This document shows, one piece after another, positions 1 through 10,510 of a stretch of DNA of 64,000 nt. Within the stretch, counting starts at the first letter, position 1. Each line of letters opens with the position of its first letter. A model generated the notes under the pieces. That model ran no database searches. It worked only from the letters and a program-made list of their open reading frames with translations, and was not told the DNA's origin. A program made the translations under genes and the position numbers. Location of the stretch: the NCBI RefSeq assembly GCF_988243305.1, contig NZ_OZ547136.1, one strand, 5' to 3'.

Positions 1-234
1 TCGCTGGGATCACACTACACAATATTGAATATTGTTATTGATATATTGCCCACCTAGTATCGACCAAAAGAAAATATTTGTTACAGAGAAATACAAAAAA
101 TCTAAAACCAGTAAAAAATATTCATAACGATTATTATTAATACATTTTAATTCACAAAACAAATTTATTAGCACCACCTCAACAGTCGATATTCATCATT
201 ATTATATATTTGCGTTATATAAGGAGATATATCC

Positions 235-2031
235 ATGTTTGATAAATATAGAAAAACTCTGGTAGCCGGAGCTGTGGCGATAACTCTGGGTTTGTCAGCA
301 CCGGGGGTGATGGCAGCAGGTTTTAAACCCGCACCACCTGCCGGGCAACTGGGTGCGGTCATTGTCGATCCCTACGGCAATGCACCACTGACCGCTTTGG
401 TTGACTTAGATAGCCATGTCATTTCTGATGTCAAAGTTACCGTCCATGGGAAGGGCGAAAAAGGCGTAGAAATCAGCTATCCCGTGGGTCAGGAATCACT
501 AAAAACTTATGATGGTGTACCGATTTTTGGTCTTTATCAGAAATTTGCTAACAAAGTGACCGTTGAGTGGAAAGAAAACGGCAAGGTCATGAAAGATGAT
601 TATGTGGTGCACACTTCGGCCATCGTCAATAATTACATGGATAACCGCTCTATCTCCGATTTACAACAGACCAAAGTTATTAAAGTCGCACCGGGTTTTG
701 AAGATCGCCTCTATCTGGTTAATACCCACACCTTTACCGCCCAAGGTTCCGATCTCCACTGGCATGGTGAGAAAGATAAAAATGCCGGTATCCTTGATGC
801 GGGTCCGGCAACCGGTGCACTCCCTTTTGATATCGCGCCATTCACCTTTATCGTCGATACGGAAGGCGAATACCGCTGGTGGTTGGATCAAAACACCTTC
901 TACGATGGTCGTGACCGCGATATCAACAAGCGTGGTTATCTGATGGGTATCCGCGAAACACCACGCGGCACCTTTACCGCTGTACAAGGTCAGCACTGGT
1001 ACGAGTTCGACATGATGGGGCAGGTGCTCGAAGATCACAAACTACCGCGCGGATTTGCTGACGCCACTCATGAGTCCATTGAGACGCCTAATGGCACAGT
1101 ATTGTTGCGCGTAGGTAAGAGCAATTACCGTCGCGATGACGGCGTACACGTCACCACCATTCGTGACCATATCCTCGAAGTCGATAAATCTGGTCGCGTT
1201 GTCGATGTATGGGATCTGACCAAGATCCTCGATCCGAAACGCGATGCACTGCTCGGCGCGCTGGATGCAGGTGCAGTTTGCGTTAACGTTGACCTTGCCC
1301 ATGCAGGACAACAGGCAAAACTGGAACCAGATACACCGTTCGGCGACGCGCTGGGTGTAGGGCCAGGTCGTAACTGGGCGCACGTTAACTCAATCGCCTA
1401 TGACGCAAAAGATGACTCAATCATCCTCTCCTCTCGCCACCAGGGTGTTGTGAAAATTGGTCGTGATAAGCAAGTGAAATGGATCCTTGCGCCCTCTAAA
1501 GGTTGGGAAAAACCGCTGGCCAGCAAGCTGCTGAAACCGGTTGATGCTAACGGTAAGCCAATTACCTGTAACGAAAATGGCCTGTGCGAAAACTCAGACT
1601 TCGACTTTACCTACACCCAGCATACCGCCTGGATTTCCAGCAAAGGAACGCTCACCATTTTTGATAATGGCGATGGGCGTCATCTGGAACAACCTGCCTT
1701 ACCAACCATGAAATACTCCCGCTTTGTGGAATATAAGATTGATGAGAAGAAAGGCACCGTTCAGCAAGTGTGGGAATACGGTAAAGAACGTGGCTACGAT
1801 TTCTATAGCCCGATTACCTCCATCATTGAATATCAAGCCGACCGTAACACCATGTTTGGCTTCGGTGGTTCTATTCATTTGTTCGATGTCGGGCAGCCAA
1901 CCGTCGGTAAGTTGAACGAAATCGATTACAAAACCAAAGAAGTGAAAGTGGAAATCGACGTGCTGTCAGATAAACCCAATCAGACTCACTATCGTGCACT
2001 GTTAGTCCGTCCACAACAGATGTTCAAATAA
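235..2031 (+). CDS. assT: Arylsulfate sulfotransferase, periplasmic (598 aa)
   Basis: ATG at 235 preceded by AAGGAG; N-terminal signal-peptide-like segment (..ITLGLSAPGVMAAG); length and sequence match AssT as recalled from uropathogenic E. coli; followed by dsbL-dsbI as in the known tricistronic operon. Confidence 0.85.
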   Translation: MFDKYRKTLVAGAVAITLGLSAPGVMAAGFKPAPPAGQLGAVIVDPYGNAPLTALVDLDSHVISDVKVTVHGKGEKGVEISYPVGQESLKTYDGVPIFGLYQKFANKVTVEWKENGKVMKDDYVVHTSAIVNNYMDNRSISDLQQTKVIKVAPGFEDRLYLVNTHTFTAQGSDLHWHGEKDKNAGILDAGPATGALPFDIAPFTFIVDTEGEYRWWLDQNTFYDGRDRDINKRGYLMGIRETPRGTFTAVQGQHWYEFDMMGQVLEDHKLPRGFADATHESIETPNGTVLLRVGKSNYRRDDGVHVTTIRDHILEVDKSGRVVDVWDLTKILDPKRDALLGALDAGAVCVNVDLAHAGQQAKLEPDTPFGDALGVGPGRNWAHVNSIAYDAKDDSIILSSRHQGVVKIGRDKQVKWILAPSKGWEKPLASKLLKPVDANGKPITCNENGLCENSDFDFTYTQHTAWISSKGTLTIFDNGDGRHLEQPALPTMKYSRFVEYKIDEKKGTVQQVWEYGKERGYDFYSPITSIIEYQADRNTMFGFGGSIHLFDVGQPTVGKLNEIDYKTKEVKVEIDVLSDKPNQTHYRALLVRPQQMFK

Positions 2032-2048
2032 TTAAGAAGGGAATAAAA

Positions 2049-2717
2049 ATGTCGAAATTAGGGATCTCATCACTATTTAAAACCATACTGCTTACCGCAG
2101 CTTTGGCTGTTTCATTTACCGCTTCTGCATTTACCGAAGGCACGGATTACATGGTTCTGGAAAAACCTATTCCGAATGCCGACAAAACGCTGATTAAGGT
2201 ATTTAGCTACGCCTGCCCGTTCTGTTACAAGTACGACAAAGCGGTTACCGGTCCGGTATCGGAAAAAGTGAAAGATATCGTTGCTTTTACTCCATTCCAT
2301 CTGGAAACAAAAGGTGAATACGGCAAACAAGCAAGCGAAGTCTTTGCGGTCTTGATCAATAAAGATAAAGCAGCAGGTATTTCATTATTTGATGCTAACT
2401 CTCAGTTTAAGAAAGCCAAGTTTGCTTATTACGCGGCTTATCATGACAAAAAAGAACGCTGGTCTGATGGTAAAGATCCGGCTGCCTTTATCAAAACCGG
2501 ACTGGACGCCGCAGGTATGAGTCAGGCCGATTTTGAAGCCGCGCTGAAAGAGCCTGCAGTTCAGGAAACGCTGGAAAAATGGAAAGCCTCTTATGAAGTT
2601 GCAAAAATCCAGGGCGTTCCGGCGTATGTCGTCAATGGTAAATACCTGATCTACACCAAGAGTATTAAATCTATTGACTCAATGGCAGACCTTATCCGCG
2701 AGTTAGCAAGCAAATAA
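2049..2717 (+). CDS. dsbL: Periplasmic thiol:disulfide oxidoreductase, DsbA paralogue (222 aa)
   Basis: Signal peptide plus CPFC thioredoxin-type active-site motif in translation; position immediately after assT. Confidence 0.85.
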   Translation: MSKLGISSLFKTILLTAALAVSFTASAFTEGTDYMVLEKPIPNADKTLIKVFSYACPFCYKYDKAVTGPVSEKVKDIVAFTPFHLETKGEYGKQASEVFAVLINKDKAAGISLFDANSQFKKAKFAYYAAYHDKKERWSDGKDPAAFIKTGLDAAGMSQADFEAALKEPAVQETLEKWKASYEVAKIQGVPAYVVNGKYLIYTKSIKSIDSMADLIRELASK

Positions 2718-2731
2718 CAGGGAAACAGGCT

Positions 2732-3403
2732 ATGGGTATTAAGGGAATGTGGAAAGACCTTCGCACTTCACCGGTGGACACGCTGGTAAGATGGCAAGAA
2801 CAACGTTTTTTGTGGTTGTTAATGGCCATTGCGATGGGCGCGTTAATTATCCTGGCGCACTCTTTCTTCCAGATCTATCTCTACATGGCACCCTGTGAGC
2901 AATGTGTATACATTCGCTACGCCATGTTTGTGATGGTTATTGGAGGATTGGTTGCAGCGATCAACCCAAAGAACATCATCCTAAAGCTAATTGGCTGCGT
3001 GATGGCATTTTACGGCAGCATTTTGGGACTGAAGTTTTCGCTCAAACTGAACGATATCCACCATGCAGTACATAATCCGGATCCCGATTCACTGTTTGGC
3101 GTACAGGGTTGCTCTACCGATCCAACTTTTCCCTTTAACCTGCCGCTGGCACAGTGGGCACCAAATTGGTTCAAGCCTACCGGGGATTGCGGCTATGACG
3201 CCCCAATCGTTCCTGATGGCGTCACACTGAGCAGCATGCAACAGTGGTTTGTGGAAATGTATCAGCAATCTGAAGGCTGGTATCTGCTACCACCATGGCA
3301 TTTTATGAATATGGCTCAGGCTTGTATGCTGGCTTTTGGTATGTGTCTGGTGCTGCTGGTCATTATGAGTGGCGCATGGGCGCTTAAAATCATCAGAGGC
3401 TAA
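2732..3403 (+). CDS. dsbI: Inner-membrane disulfide oxidoreductase, DsbB paralogue (223 aa)
   Basis: Multi-pass membrane protein with paired cysteines (CEQC), third gene of the assT operon. Confidence 0.8.
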   Translation: MGIKGMWKDLRTSPVDTLVRWQEQRFLWLLMAIAMGALIILAHSFFQIYLYMAPCEQCVYIRYAMFVMVIGGLVAAINPKNIILKLIGCVMAFYGSILGLKFSLKLNDIHHAVHNPDPDSLFGVQGCSTDPTFPFNLPLAQWAPNWFKPTGDCGYDAPIVPDGVTLSSMQQWFVEMYQQSEGWYLLPPWHFMNMAQACMLAFGMCLVLLVIMSGAWALKIIRG

Positions 3404-3448
3404 CTCAGCAACACCCAAAGCCAGTCATTCTGGCTTCGGGTTCTTTTA

Positions 3449-4237
3449 TTAACCTATCTGCACCGACAGCATACTTAAACTGCCCATCTCTATGCCATCA
3501 ACCGGAACAGTCACCGGCTCCTGACCATCCCACGCACCTAATACATACAACAGTGGCAGAAAGTGTTCCGGTGTTGGGTTCGATAACGCCCCTCCTTCAT
3601 GGTCGAGGTAATTCACCAGAGGATGCTGCTCTACCGGCCCTTGCCACGTCAGATTCGCTTTCACATACTCATTAAACGACATCGCCCACGGATACGGTGA
3701 ACTATCACCGTGCCACTTCACTGTGCGCAGGTTATGTACCACGTTACCGCTGGCGACCAACATTATTCCTTCATCTCGCAGCGCTGCCAGTTTACGCCCC
3801 ATCTCAAGGTGCCAGGCGGCGGGTTTGGTGCTATCAATACTTAACTGCACCATCGGGATATCCGCTTGCGGATACATCTTAATCAGCACGCCCCACGAGC
3901 CGTGGTCAAAGCCCCAGGCTTCTTTATCCAGCGTCACCGGGACCGGCGCTAACAGCTCAACCAGATGCTGTGCCAGCGCAGGCGAACCCGGAGCAGGATA
4001 ATGCGTGTCGTACAGCGCCTGCGGGAAGCCACCAAAGTCATGAATCGTGGGCGGCGTCTCCATCGCGGTCACTCCTGTTCCACGGGTAAACCAGTGAGCC
4101 GAAACCACCACAATCGCTTGCGGGCGTGGCAATGTCATCCCCAACTTCTGCCAGCTGCGGGTATACAAATTATCTTCCAGCACGTTCATCGGACTACCGT
4201 GACCTAAAAACAATGCTGGCATACGTGTTGAAGACAT
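3449..4237 (-). CDS. ygiD: Class III extradiol dioxygenase-like protein (DOPA-dioxygenase family), 262 aa
   Basis: Translation MSSTRMPALFLGHGSPMN...; ORF-track start at 4264 is further upstream, ATG at 4237 chosen to match the known 262-aa length. Confidence 0.8.
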   Translation of the reverse strand: MSSTRMPALFLGHGSPMNVLEDNLYTRSWQKLGMTLPRPQAIVVVSAHWFTRGTGVTAMETPPTIHDFGGFPQALYDTHYPAPGSPALAQHLVELLAPVPVTLDKEAWGFDHGSWGVLIKMYPQADIPMVQLSIDSTKPAAWHLEMGRKLAALRDEGIMLVASGNVVHNLRTVKWHGDSSPYPWAMSFNEYVKANLTWQGPVEQHPLVNYLDHEGGALSNPTPEHFLPLLYVLGAWDGQEPVTVPVDGIEMGSLSMLSVQIG

Positions 4238-4379
4238 GATGATATCCTTAACTAAAGGTGTCATTTTGATATCCTCACAATACGCTTGTTCGGCGGAGTA
4301 AGAACCCGGATAACAATGATGATGATCATCAGTTATTTTGACGATCTGCCTGAAGGTGAAGATTTATAAGGAGTTGTCG

Positions 4380-5153
4380 ATGTCAGTACCTCTCATTCTG
4401 ACCATACTGGCGGGGGCAGCCACGTTTATTGGCGCGTTTCTCGGCGTTCTCGGGCAAAAACCCTCGAACCGCTTACTGGCGTTTTCGCTAGGATTTGCGG
4501 CGGGGATCATGTTGCTCATCTCATTAATGGAAATGCTTCCTGCCGCACTAGCAGCCGAAGGAATGTCGCCTGTGTTGGGTTATGGAATGTTTATCTTCGG
4601 TCTGCTTGGCTATTTTGGCCTGGACCGCATGTTGCCACATGCGCATCCGCAGGATTTAATGCAAAAATCGGTGCAGCCGTTGCCAAAATCGATCAAGCGC
4701 ACAGCCATTCTGCTCACTCTCGGCATCAGTCTGCATAACTTCCCGGAAGGGATTGCCACCTTTGTCACTGCGAGCAGCAACCTGGAGCTGGGCTTTGGCA
4801 TCGCACTGGCCGTTGCGTTACACAATATTCCTGAAGGTCTGGCGGTTGCAGGCCCGGTTTACGCGGCAACGGGGTCTAAACGCACCGCGATTCTTTGGGC
4901 GGGGATTTCTGGACTGGCAGAAATTCTTGGTGGTGTGCTGGCGTGGTTAATCCTCGGTAGCATGATTTCCCCGGTGGTCATGGCGGCAATCATGGCGGCG
5001 GTTGCAGGAATTATGGTGGCGCTCTCGGTTGATGAATTAATGCCGCTCGCCAAAGAGATTGACCCTAATAATAACCCCAGCTATGGCGTACTATGTGGAA
5101 TGTCAGTGATGGGATTCAGTTTAGTGCTGCTACAAACGGCGGGAATTGGTTAA
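4380..5153 (+). CDS. zupT: Zinc transporter, ZIP family (257 aa)
   Basis: ATG at 4380 preceded by AAGGAG; ORF-track start at 4338 is a TTG; polytopic membrane protein with HNxPEG motifs. Confidence 0.9.
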
Positions 5154-5163
5154 AAACAACATC

Positions 5164-5192
5164 AGAAGTTGTCCAGCGCATGGACAACTTCT
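5164..5192. terminator. Perfect 12-bp inverted repeat (AGAAGTTGTCCA/TGGACAACTTCT, 5-nt loop), probable bidirectional terminator
   Basis: Read directly in sequence between convergent zupT and the small minus-strand ORF. Confidence 0.6.
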
Positions 5193-5210
5193 GCCAGCTT
5201 CACGAAAGCC

Positions 5211-5381
5211 TTATTCTACCTTTTCGGCTGTCTCTTCTCTCGTACTGTTTAAGTATTTGTTCCGCGCTTCAAGCAGTGCGTCTCTGTCCTGGCGAAACGC
5301 CCGACAATAACGTTTCAAATGCAGGAAATAACCCACCACAACCAGAGCAATCAATACAATCCAGTACCAGGCGATAAACAT
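5211..5381 (-). CDS. Small single-pass membrane protein (56 aa), hypothetical
   Basis: ATG at 5381 preceded by AAGGGTAAAAGG; one hydrophobic helix (FIAWYWIVLIALVVVGYFL) followed by a charged tail; ends at the bidirectional terminator. Confidence 0.45.
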   Translation of the reverse strand: MFIAWYWIVLIALVVVGYFLHLKRYCRAFRQDRDALLEARNKYLNSTREETAEKVE

Positions 5382-5642
5382 CCTTTTACCCTTAATATTT
5401 AACAATACTAAACATTTAGCGCATAAATTTCACATATCCTTTTTCGGATATATTCATATGGTCGCATAATAACGGAACAATTATATGATTTTGATCATAA
5501 TGAAAAAGAATGCCTGATATTAATGAAATTTTCTCATAGAAAGAGAAGCGGAATTAACATCTTGCATAGCAGGGAAAAATAAAAACCGAAGCCTGCTACA
5601 ACTTCGGTTTCTTGATTAAGGCAGTAAATTAAGCAGCGGTTT

Positions 5643-6296
5643 TCAGCTGGCTTTACGCTCATGTGCCTGACGATAAGCCACCAGGTCTTCAATAGTCACG
5701 AGCGCCATATTGTGTTTATTGGCAAACTCAATGCACTCTGGTGCACGCGCCATCGTGCCATCGTCATTAGTCAGCTCACACAGCACACCAGCCGGTTTAA
5801 AGCCTGCCAGCGTCATCAGATCAATAGTCGCTTCAGTATGGCCGCCACGCGTCAGTACACCACCAGCCTGAGCGCGAAGTGGGAAAACGTGGCCCGGGCG
5901 ATTCAGATCAGAAGGTTTTGCGTCATCGGCAATCGCTGCGCGAACGGTCATAATACGGTCAGCGGCAGAAACACCGGTAGTCACACCTTCAGCCGCTTCA
6001 ATGGTCACGGTAAAACCGGTGCCATAGGCGCTGGTGTTATTTTCTACCATCATTGGCAGATCAAGTTGTTTACGGCGATCTTCAGTAATGCACAGGCAAA
6101 CAATACCGCTACCGTGGCGAATGGTCAGCGCCATCTGCTCAACGGTCATGGTTTCTGCCGGGAAGATCATATCGCCTTCGTTTTCACGGTCTTCATCATC
6201 AAGCACCATTACACCGCGTCCTTCACGCAGCGCAGCCAGTGCATTTTCAACACGTTCGAAAGGCGTACCAAAAGAGGAAAGTAGCGTCTGATTCAT
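5643..6296 (-). CDS. ribB: 3,4-dihydroxy-2-butanone 4-phosphate synthase (217 aa)
   Basis: Translation matches RibB full length; upstream FMN riboswitch. Confidence 0.95.
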   Translation of the reverse strand: MNQTLLSSFGTPFERVENALAALREGRGVMVLDDEDRENEGDMIFPAETMTVEQMALTIRHGSGIVCLCITEDRRKQLDLPMMVENNTSAYGTGFTVTIEAAEGVTTGVSAADRIMTVRAAIADDAKPSDLNRPGHVFPLRAQAGGVLTRGGHTEATIDLMTLAGFKPAGVLCELTNDDGTMARAPECIEFANKHNMALVTIEDLVAYRQAHERKAS

Positions 6297-6540
6297 GGTA
6301 AAAAAACCTCACTAAAATTATGGTTACCAGAATCAGGGCAGTCTTAGGAGTGGCGGCATATAGCCAAAATAACGTGAGCGGGTCCATGCCCGACAGAATC
6401 GTTACTCTCTCCCATCCGGACTCTAACCGTCGGCCCCGGAATTACACCGGATCTGCTGTCCTTTGAGTTCGCACCCAAAGCGCTCGCGGGCTTTCAACTG
6501 AGTTGATTTACCGCCGGTGGGGAATTTCGCCCCGCCCTGA
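6297..6540 (-). ncRNA. sroG: FMN riboswitch (RFN element / sroG) in the ribB leader
   Basis: Minus-strand sequence contains the conserved RFN core (AGGGCGGGGCGAAATTCCCCACCGGCGGTAAATCAACTCAGTTGAAAGCCCGCGAGCGCTTTGGGTGCGAACTCAAAGGACAGCAGATCCGGTGTAATTCCGGGGCCGACGGTTAGAGTCCGGATGGGAGAG) at about 6400-6538. Confidence 0.9.
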
Positions 6541-6669
6541 GAATAAGCGGATTCACTATAACGCTAATGATTAGCGGCAGCAACGCATAGCTTCACATAA
6601 TTCTGGTTTATGACTTACCCTTATCGCACTACAATGGCACTCAACACCTATCAGTACAGGGAAACTACA

Positions 6670-6969
6670 ATGATTGACCCGAAAAAAATTGAGCAAATCG
6701 CTCGCCAGGTTCACGAATCAATGCCTAAAGGAATCAGGGAGTTCGGGGAAGATGTGGAGAAAAAAATCCGCCAAACCCTACAAGCGCAGCTGACGCGTCT
6801 CGATCTGGTAAGCCGCGAAGAATTCGACGTTCAGACGCAAGTCCTGTTACGGACTCGTGAAAAACTGGCGTTACTGGAGCAGCGCATCAGTGAACTGGAA
6901 GCGCGCAATAATTCGGTAGCAGATCTTCAATCTCCTCCGGCTATCCCGCCTATTGATAAAGCAGAATAA
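6670..6969 (+). CDS. ubiK: Ubiquinone biosynthesis accessory factor UbiK (YqiC), coiled-coil protein (99 aa)
   Basis: Translation [16 protein letters not shown]... with leucine-zipper-like C-terminus; ORF-track start at 6610 is upstream of the known start. Confidence 0.8.
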   Translation: MIDPKKIEQIARQVHESMPKGIREFGEDVEKKIRQTLQAQLTRLDLVSREEFDVQTQVLLRTREKLALLEQRISELEARNNSVADLQSPPAIPPIDKAE

Positions 6970-6982
6970 AGCAACACAAAAA

Positions 6983-6999
6983 CGGGCCAGACGGCCCGT
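6983..6999. terminator. Short GC hairpin (CGGGCC-AGAC-GGCCCG) between convergent ubiK and glgS
   Basis: Inverted repeat read in sequence. Confidence 0.5.
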
Positions 7000-7003
7000 A
7001 ATA

Positions 7004-7204
7004 TCAGTGTTCTAATTCAAGTTCTCTGGTTTGCATCATCTGTTGGCAATACCAGGCATAACGTGCGCAAAACCAGGTTCTATGTTCTTCATCCATGTTA
7101 CCAGTAACGGCCAGAATATCGACCGGGCGACCTTCTGCGTGCATTCTGGCAAAACTACGCGCCAGGAAATCGAAATTATTTAAAGAATTAAGACTATGAT
7201 CCAT
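7004..7204 (-). CDS. glgS: Glycogen synthesis / surface-composition regulator GlgS (66 aa)
   Basis: Translation [36 protein letters not shown]... Confidence 0.9.
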
Positions 7205-7473
7205 AAGCACATCCTCCGGTTATCGCATACCTTTTAAGGCCATATGCTTTTTCTGATTTCAGTATTCCCCAATCAGTGTAGTGCCTTTAAACATAACGTG
7301 CGTAAATATATTGTCCCCGATCACACTTTTTAGTGAAAAAATAAAAAACCATATTAAAAGACTATCTCTTCCAGAACTTATCTAACATGTGTTATTATTA
7401 ACAAAGATAAATGTAAGCAAGGAAACTATCCCAAAGTAAATATTGCGTCACTAAATGGACATTGGAGTGACAT

Positions 7474-8103
7474 ATGATTTTATTCGCCGACTATAACACC
7501 CCTTATCTTTTCGCTATTTCCTTTGTACTGTTGATCGGCCTTTTAGAAATTTTTGCGCTTATCTGCGGTCACATGATCTCCGGTGCACTTGATGCACATC
7601 TTGACCATTATGATTCCATAACCACAGGTCATATTAGCCAGGCACTTCATTATCTCAATATCGGAAGATTGCCAGCTCTCGTCGTTCTTTGCTTACTGGC
7701 TGGTTTTTTTGGTCTTATTGGCATCCTGTTGCAGCATGCCTGCCTCATGGTCTGGCAATCACCACTTTCGAACCTGTTCGTGGTTCCTGTCAGTTTACTG
7801 TTTACGATTATTGCGGTGCATTATACCGGTAAAATAGTTGCGCCCTGGATTCCACGCGACCATAGTTCAGCTATTACAGAAGAAGAATATATTGGTAGCA
7901 TGGCATTAATTACCGGTCATCAAGCCACTTCAGGTAATCCCTGCGAAGGAAAACTCACCGATCAATTTGGCCAAATACATTATTTACTACTGGAGCCTGA
8001 AGAAGGAAAAATTTTCACTAAAGGAGACAAAGTGTTAATTATTTGCCGACTTTCTGCAACGCGATATTTGGCGGAAAACAATCCCTGGCCCCAAATATTG
8101 TAA
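7474..8103 (+). CDS. yqiJ: NfeD-like inner membrane protein (209 aa)
   Basis: ATG with GGAG RBS; hydrophobic N-terminal half plus soluble C-terminal domain; upstream partner of SPFH protein YqiK. Confidence 0.85.
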   Translation: MILFADYNTPYLFAISFVLLIGLLEIFALICGHMISGALDAHLDHYDSITTGHISQALHYLNIGRLPALVVLCLLAGFFGLIGILLQHACLMVWQSPLSNLFVVPVSLLFTIIAVHYTGKIVAPWIPRDHSSAITEEEYIGSMALITGHQATSGNPCEGKLTDQFGQIHYLLLEPEEGKIFTKGDKVLIICRLSATRYLAENNPWPQIL

Positions 8104-8129
8104 TTTATTAATCAAAAGGAAATTTAATA

Positions 8130-9791
8130 ATGGATGATATTGTTAATTCTGTGCCCTCCTGGATGTTTACTGCGATTATTGCCGTATGCATTCTGTTTAT
8201 TATTGGAATTATTTTCGCCAGGCTCTATCGTCGCGCTTCGGCAGAGCAAGCTTTTGTTCGTACTGGTTTAGGTGGGCAAAAAGTGGTAATGAGCGGTGGC
8301 GCAATCGTGATGCCGATCTTTCATGAAATAATCCCCATCAATATGAATACTCTGAAGCTGGAAGTCAGCCGCTCAACCATTGATAGCCTGATTACGAAAG
8401 ATCGTATGCGCGTCGATGTAGTAGTCGCTTTCTTTGTGCGGGTAAAACCGTCAGTGGAAGGTATTGCCACCGCCGCCCAGACGCTGGGGCAACGCACCCT
8501 GTCGCCTGAAGACTTACGTATGTTGGTTGAAGATAAATTTGTCGATGCCCTCCGTGCAACAGCTGCACAAATGACCATGCATGAGTTACAGGATACCCGC
8601 GAGAACTTCGTGCAGGGCGTACAAAATACCGTAGCTGAAGATCTGTCGAAAAATGGCCTGGAACTGGAAAGCGTTTCACTTACCAACTTTAACCAGACGT
8701 CGAAAGAACATTTCAATCCTAACAACGCCTTTGACGCCGAAGGTTTAACCAAGCTGACGCAGGAGACGGAGCGCCGTCGTCGCGAACGTAACGAAGTTGA
8801 ACAGGATGTAGAAGTTGCGGTGCGTGAGAAAAACCGTGATGCGCTTTCGCGGAAGCTAGAGATTGAACAACAAGAAGCGTTTATGACGCTTGAGCAGGAG
8901 CAGCAGGTTAAAACCCGTACCGCTGAGCAGAATGCGAAAATTGCGGCTTTTGAGGCCGAGCGTCGTCGGGAAGCAGAGCAGACGCGAATTCTGGCTGAAC
9001 GACAGATTCAGGAAACGGAAATCGACCGCGAACAGGCCGTCCGTTCCAGAAAAGTTGAAGCTGAACGTGAAGTTCGCATTAAAGAGATCGAACAGCAGCA
9101 GGTCACCGAAATCGCTAACCAGACGAAATCGATCGCTATTGCCGCCAAATCGGAACAACAGTCCCAGGCAGAAGCGCGTGCTAACCTTGCACTTGCAGAA
9201 GCGGTAAGCGCCCAGCAAAACGTAGAAACAACTCGCCAGACCGCAGAAGCCGATCGTGCTAAACAAGTTGCCCTAATCGCTGCCGCGCAGGATGCAGAAA
9301 CCAAAGCGGTTGAACTGACCGTGCGGGCGAAAGCAGAGAAAGAAGCCGCAGAGATGCAGGCGGCGGCAATCGTTGAGTTAGCCGAAGCTACGCGTAAAAA
9401 GGGTTTGGCGGAAGCAGAAGCGCAACGTGCGCTGAACGACGCTATCAACGTACTTTCTGATGAACAAACCAGCCTTAAATTCAAACTGGCGCTATTACAG
9501 TCGTTACCTGCAGTAATAGAGAAATCCGTTGAGCCGATGAAGTCTATCGACGGCATCAAGATTATTCAGGTCGATGGATTAAACCGAGGTGGTGCTGCGG
9601 GGGATGCGGCATCAGGCAGCGTTAGTGGCGGAAACCTGGCAGAACAGGCATTATCAGCCGCACTCTCTTACCGCACACAGGCACCACTGATTGACTCCTT
9701 GCTCAATGAAATTGGCGTTTCAGGCGGCTCACTGGCTGCATTGACTTCACCCTTAACCTCAACAACTCCCGTCGCAGAAAACGTAGAATAA
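8130..9791 (+). CDS. yqiK: SPFH/band-7 (flotillin-like) membrane protein with long Ala/Glu/Gln-rich coiled coil (553 aa)
   Basis: N-terminal TM segment, SPFH-like region, then extended AEAERR-type heptad-rich segment. Confidence 0.85.
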   Translation: MDDIVNSVPSWMFTAIIAVCILFIIGIIFARLYRRASAEQAFVRTGLGGQKVVMSGGAIVMPIFHEIIPINMNTLKLEVSRSTIDSLITKDRMRVDVVVAFFVRVKPSVEGIATAAQTLGQRTLSPEDLRMLVEDKFVDALRATAAQMTMHELQDTRENFVQGVQNTVAEDLSKNGLELESVSLTNFNQTSKEHFNPNNAFDAEGLTKLTQETERRRRERNEVEQDVEVAVREKNRDALSRKLEIEQQEAFMTLEQEQQVKTRTAEQNAKIAAFEAERRREAEQTRILAERQIQETEIDREQAVRSRKVEAEREVRIKEIEQQQVTEIANQTKSIAIAAKSEQQSQAEARANLALAEAVSAQQNVETTRQTAEADRAKQVALIAAAQDAETKAVELTVRAKAEKEAAEMQAAAIVELAEATRKKGLAEAEAQRALNDAINVLSDEQTSLKFKLALLQSLPAVIEKSVEPMKSIDGIKIIQVDGLNRGGAAGDAASGSVSGGNLAEQALSAALSYRTQAPLIDSLLNEIGVSGGSLAALTSPLTSTTPVAENVE

Positions 9792-9989
9792 ATTTTCAAC
9801 TATGAACATCCCTGGCCCAAAAAGCCGGGGATTCTTTATATCTGCGTTCCGATAAAAAGTGCAAATGATCGGGCTGTTGCAGCATTTTGCGTGACCGCTC
9901 GGGGAAGGCAAAACTGCCTCTGGGTAAGCATTGCGCGGGGTCCGGCGTTCATCAACAATCGGGAAGTCAGCAAGGGGCTGAAACGGGAA

Positions 9990-10135
9990 AGCCCCTCCCG
10001 AAGAAGGGGCCTTGTATAAGGAAAGGGTTATGATGAAGCTCATCATCATACTGATTGTGTTGTTACTGATAAGTTTCCACGCTTACTAACAGCCAATCAG
10101 AGGGGGGAGAAATCCTCCCTCACCCTTGTTCCTTT
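9990..10135 (-). ncRNA. sibD: Sib antisense sRNA (antitoxin) overlapping the first ibs ORF; boundaries approximate
   Basis: Established knowledge that Sib RNAs of ~110-150 nt are encoded fully antisense to ibs; ends not determinable from sequence alone. Confidence 0.45.
10030..10089 (+). CDS. ibsD: Ibs-family type I toxin, 19-aa hydrophobic peptide (MMKLIIILIVLLLISFHAY)
   Basis: ORF read directly; fits the Ibs peptide family; location between yqiK and hldE as for ibsD/ibsE in K-12; D versus E assignment is by order only. Confidence 0.75.
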   Translation: MMKLIIILIVLLLISFHAY

Positions 10136-10365
10136 ACTTTAGGTTGAAAAAAAATCAGCGTCAAGAAGGTTTCATTAACACATATTCCTGGCCCAAAAAG
10201 CCGGGGATTTTTTATATCTGCATTCCGCAAAAAACTGCAAATGCTCAGGTCGTTGCAGCCTTTTGCGTGACCGCTCGGGGAAGGGAAAACTGCCTCTGGG
10301 AAAGCGTTGCGCGAGGTCCGGCGCTCATCAACAATCGGGGAGTCAGCAGGGGGCTGAAACGGGAA

Positions 10366-10510
10366 AGCCCCTCCCGAGGAAGGGGCCTTGTATAAGGAAA
10401 GGGTTATGATGAAGTTCGTCATCATACTGATTGTGTTGTTACTAGTAAGTTTCCAGGCTTATTAACAACCAATTCAGAGGGGGGAGAAATCCTCCCTTAC
10501 CCTTGTTCCT
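10366..10510 (-). ncRNA. sibE: Sib antisense sRNA (antitoxin) overlapping the second ibs ORF; boundaries approximate
   Basis: As for the first copy. Confidence 0.45.
10406..10465 (+). CDS. ibsE: Ibs-family type I toxin, 19-aa hydrophobic peptide (MMKFVIILIVLLLVSFQAY)
   Basis: Second copy in the tandem repeat, read directly. Confidence 0.75.
   Translation: MMKFVIILIVLLLVSFQAY

Noticed and set aside
5661-6284. 207-aa plus-strand ORF
   Set aside because: Antisense within ribB.
9759-10425. 96-aa and 101-aa minus-strand ORFs of near-identical sequence
   Set aside because: They are read-through artefacts of the duplicated ibs/sib repeat; the real products here are the 19-aa Ibs peptides and antisense Sib RNAs.
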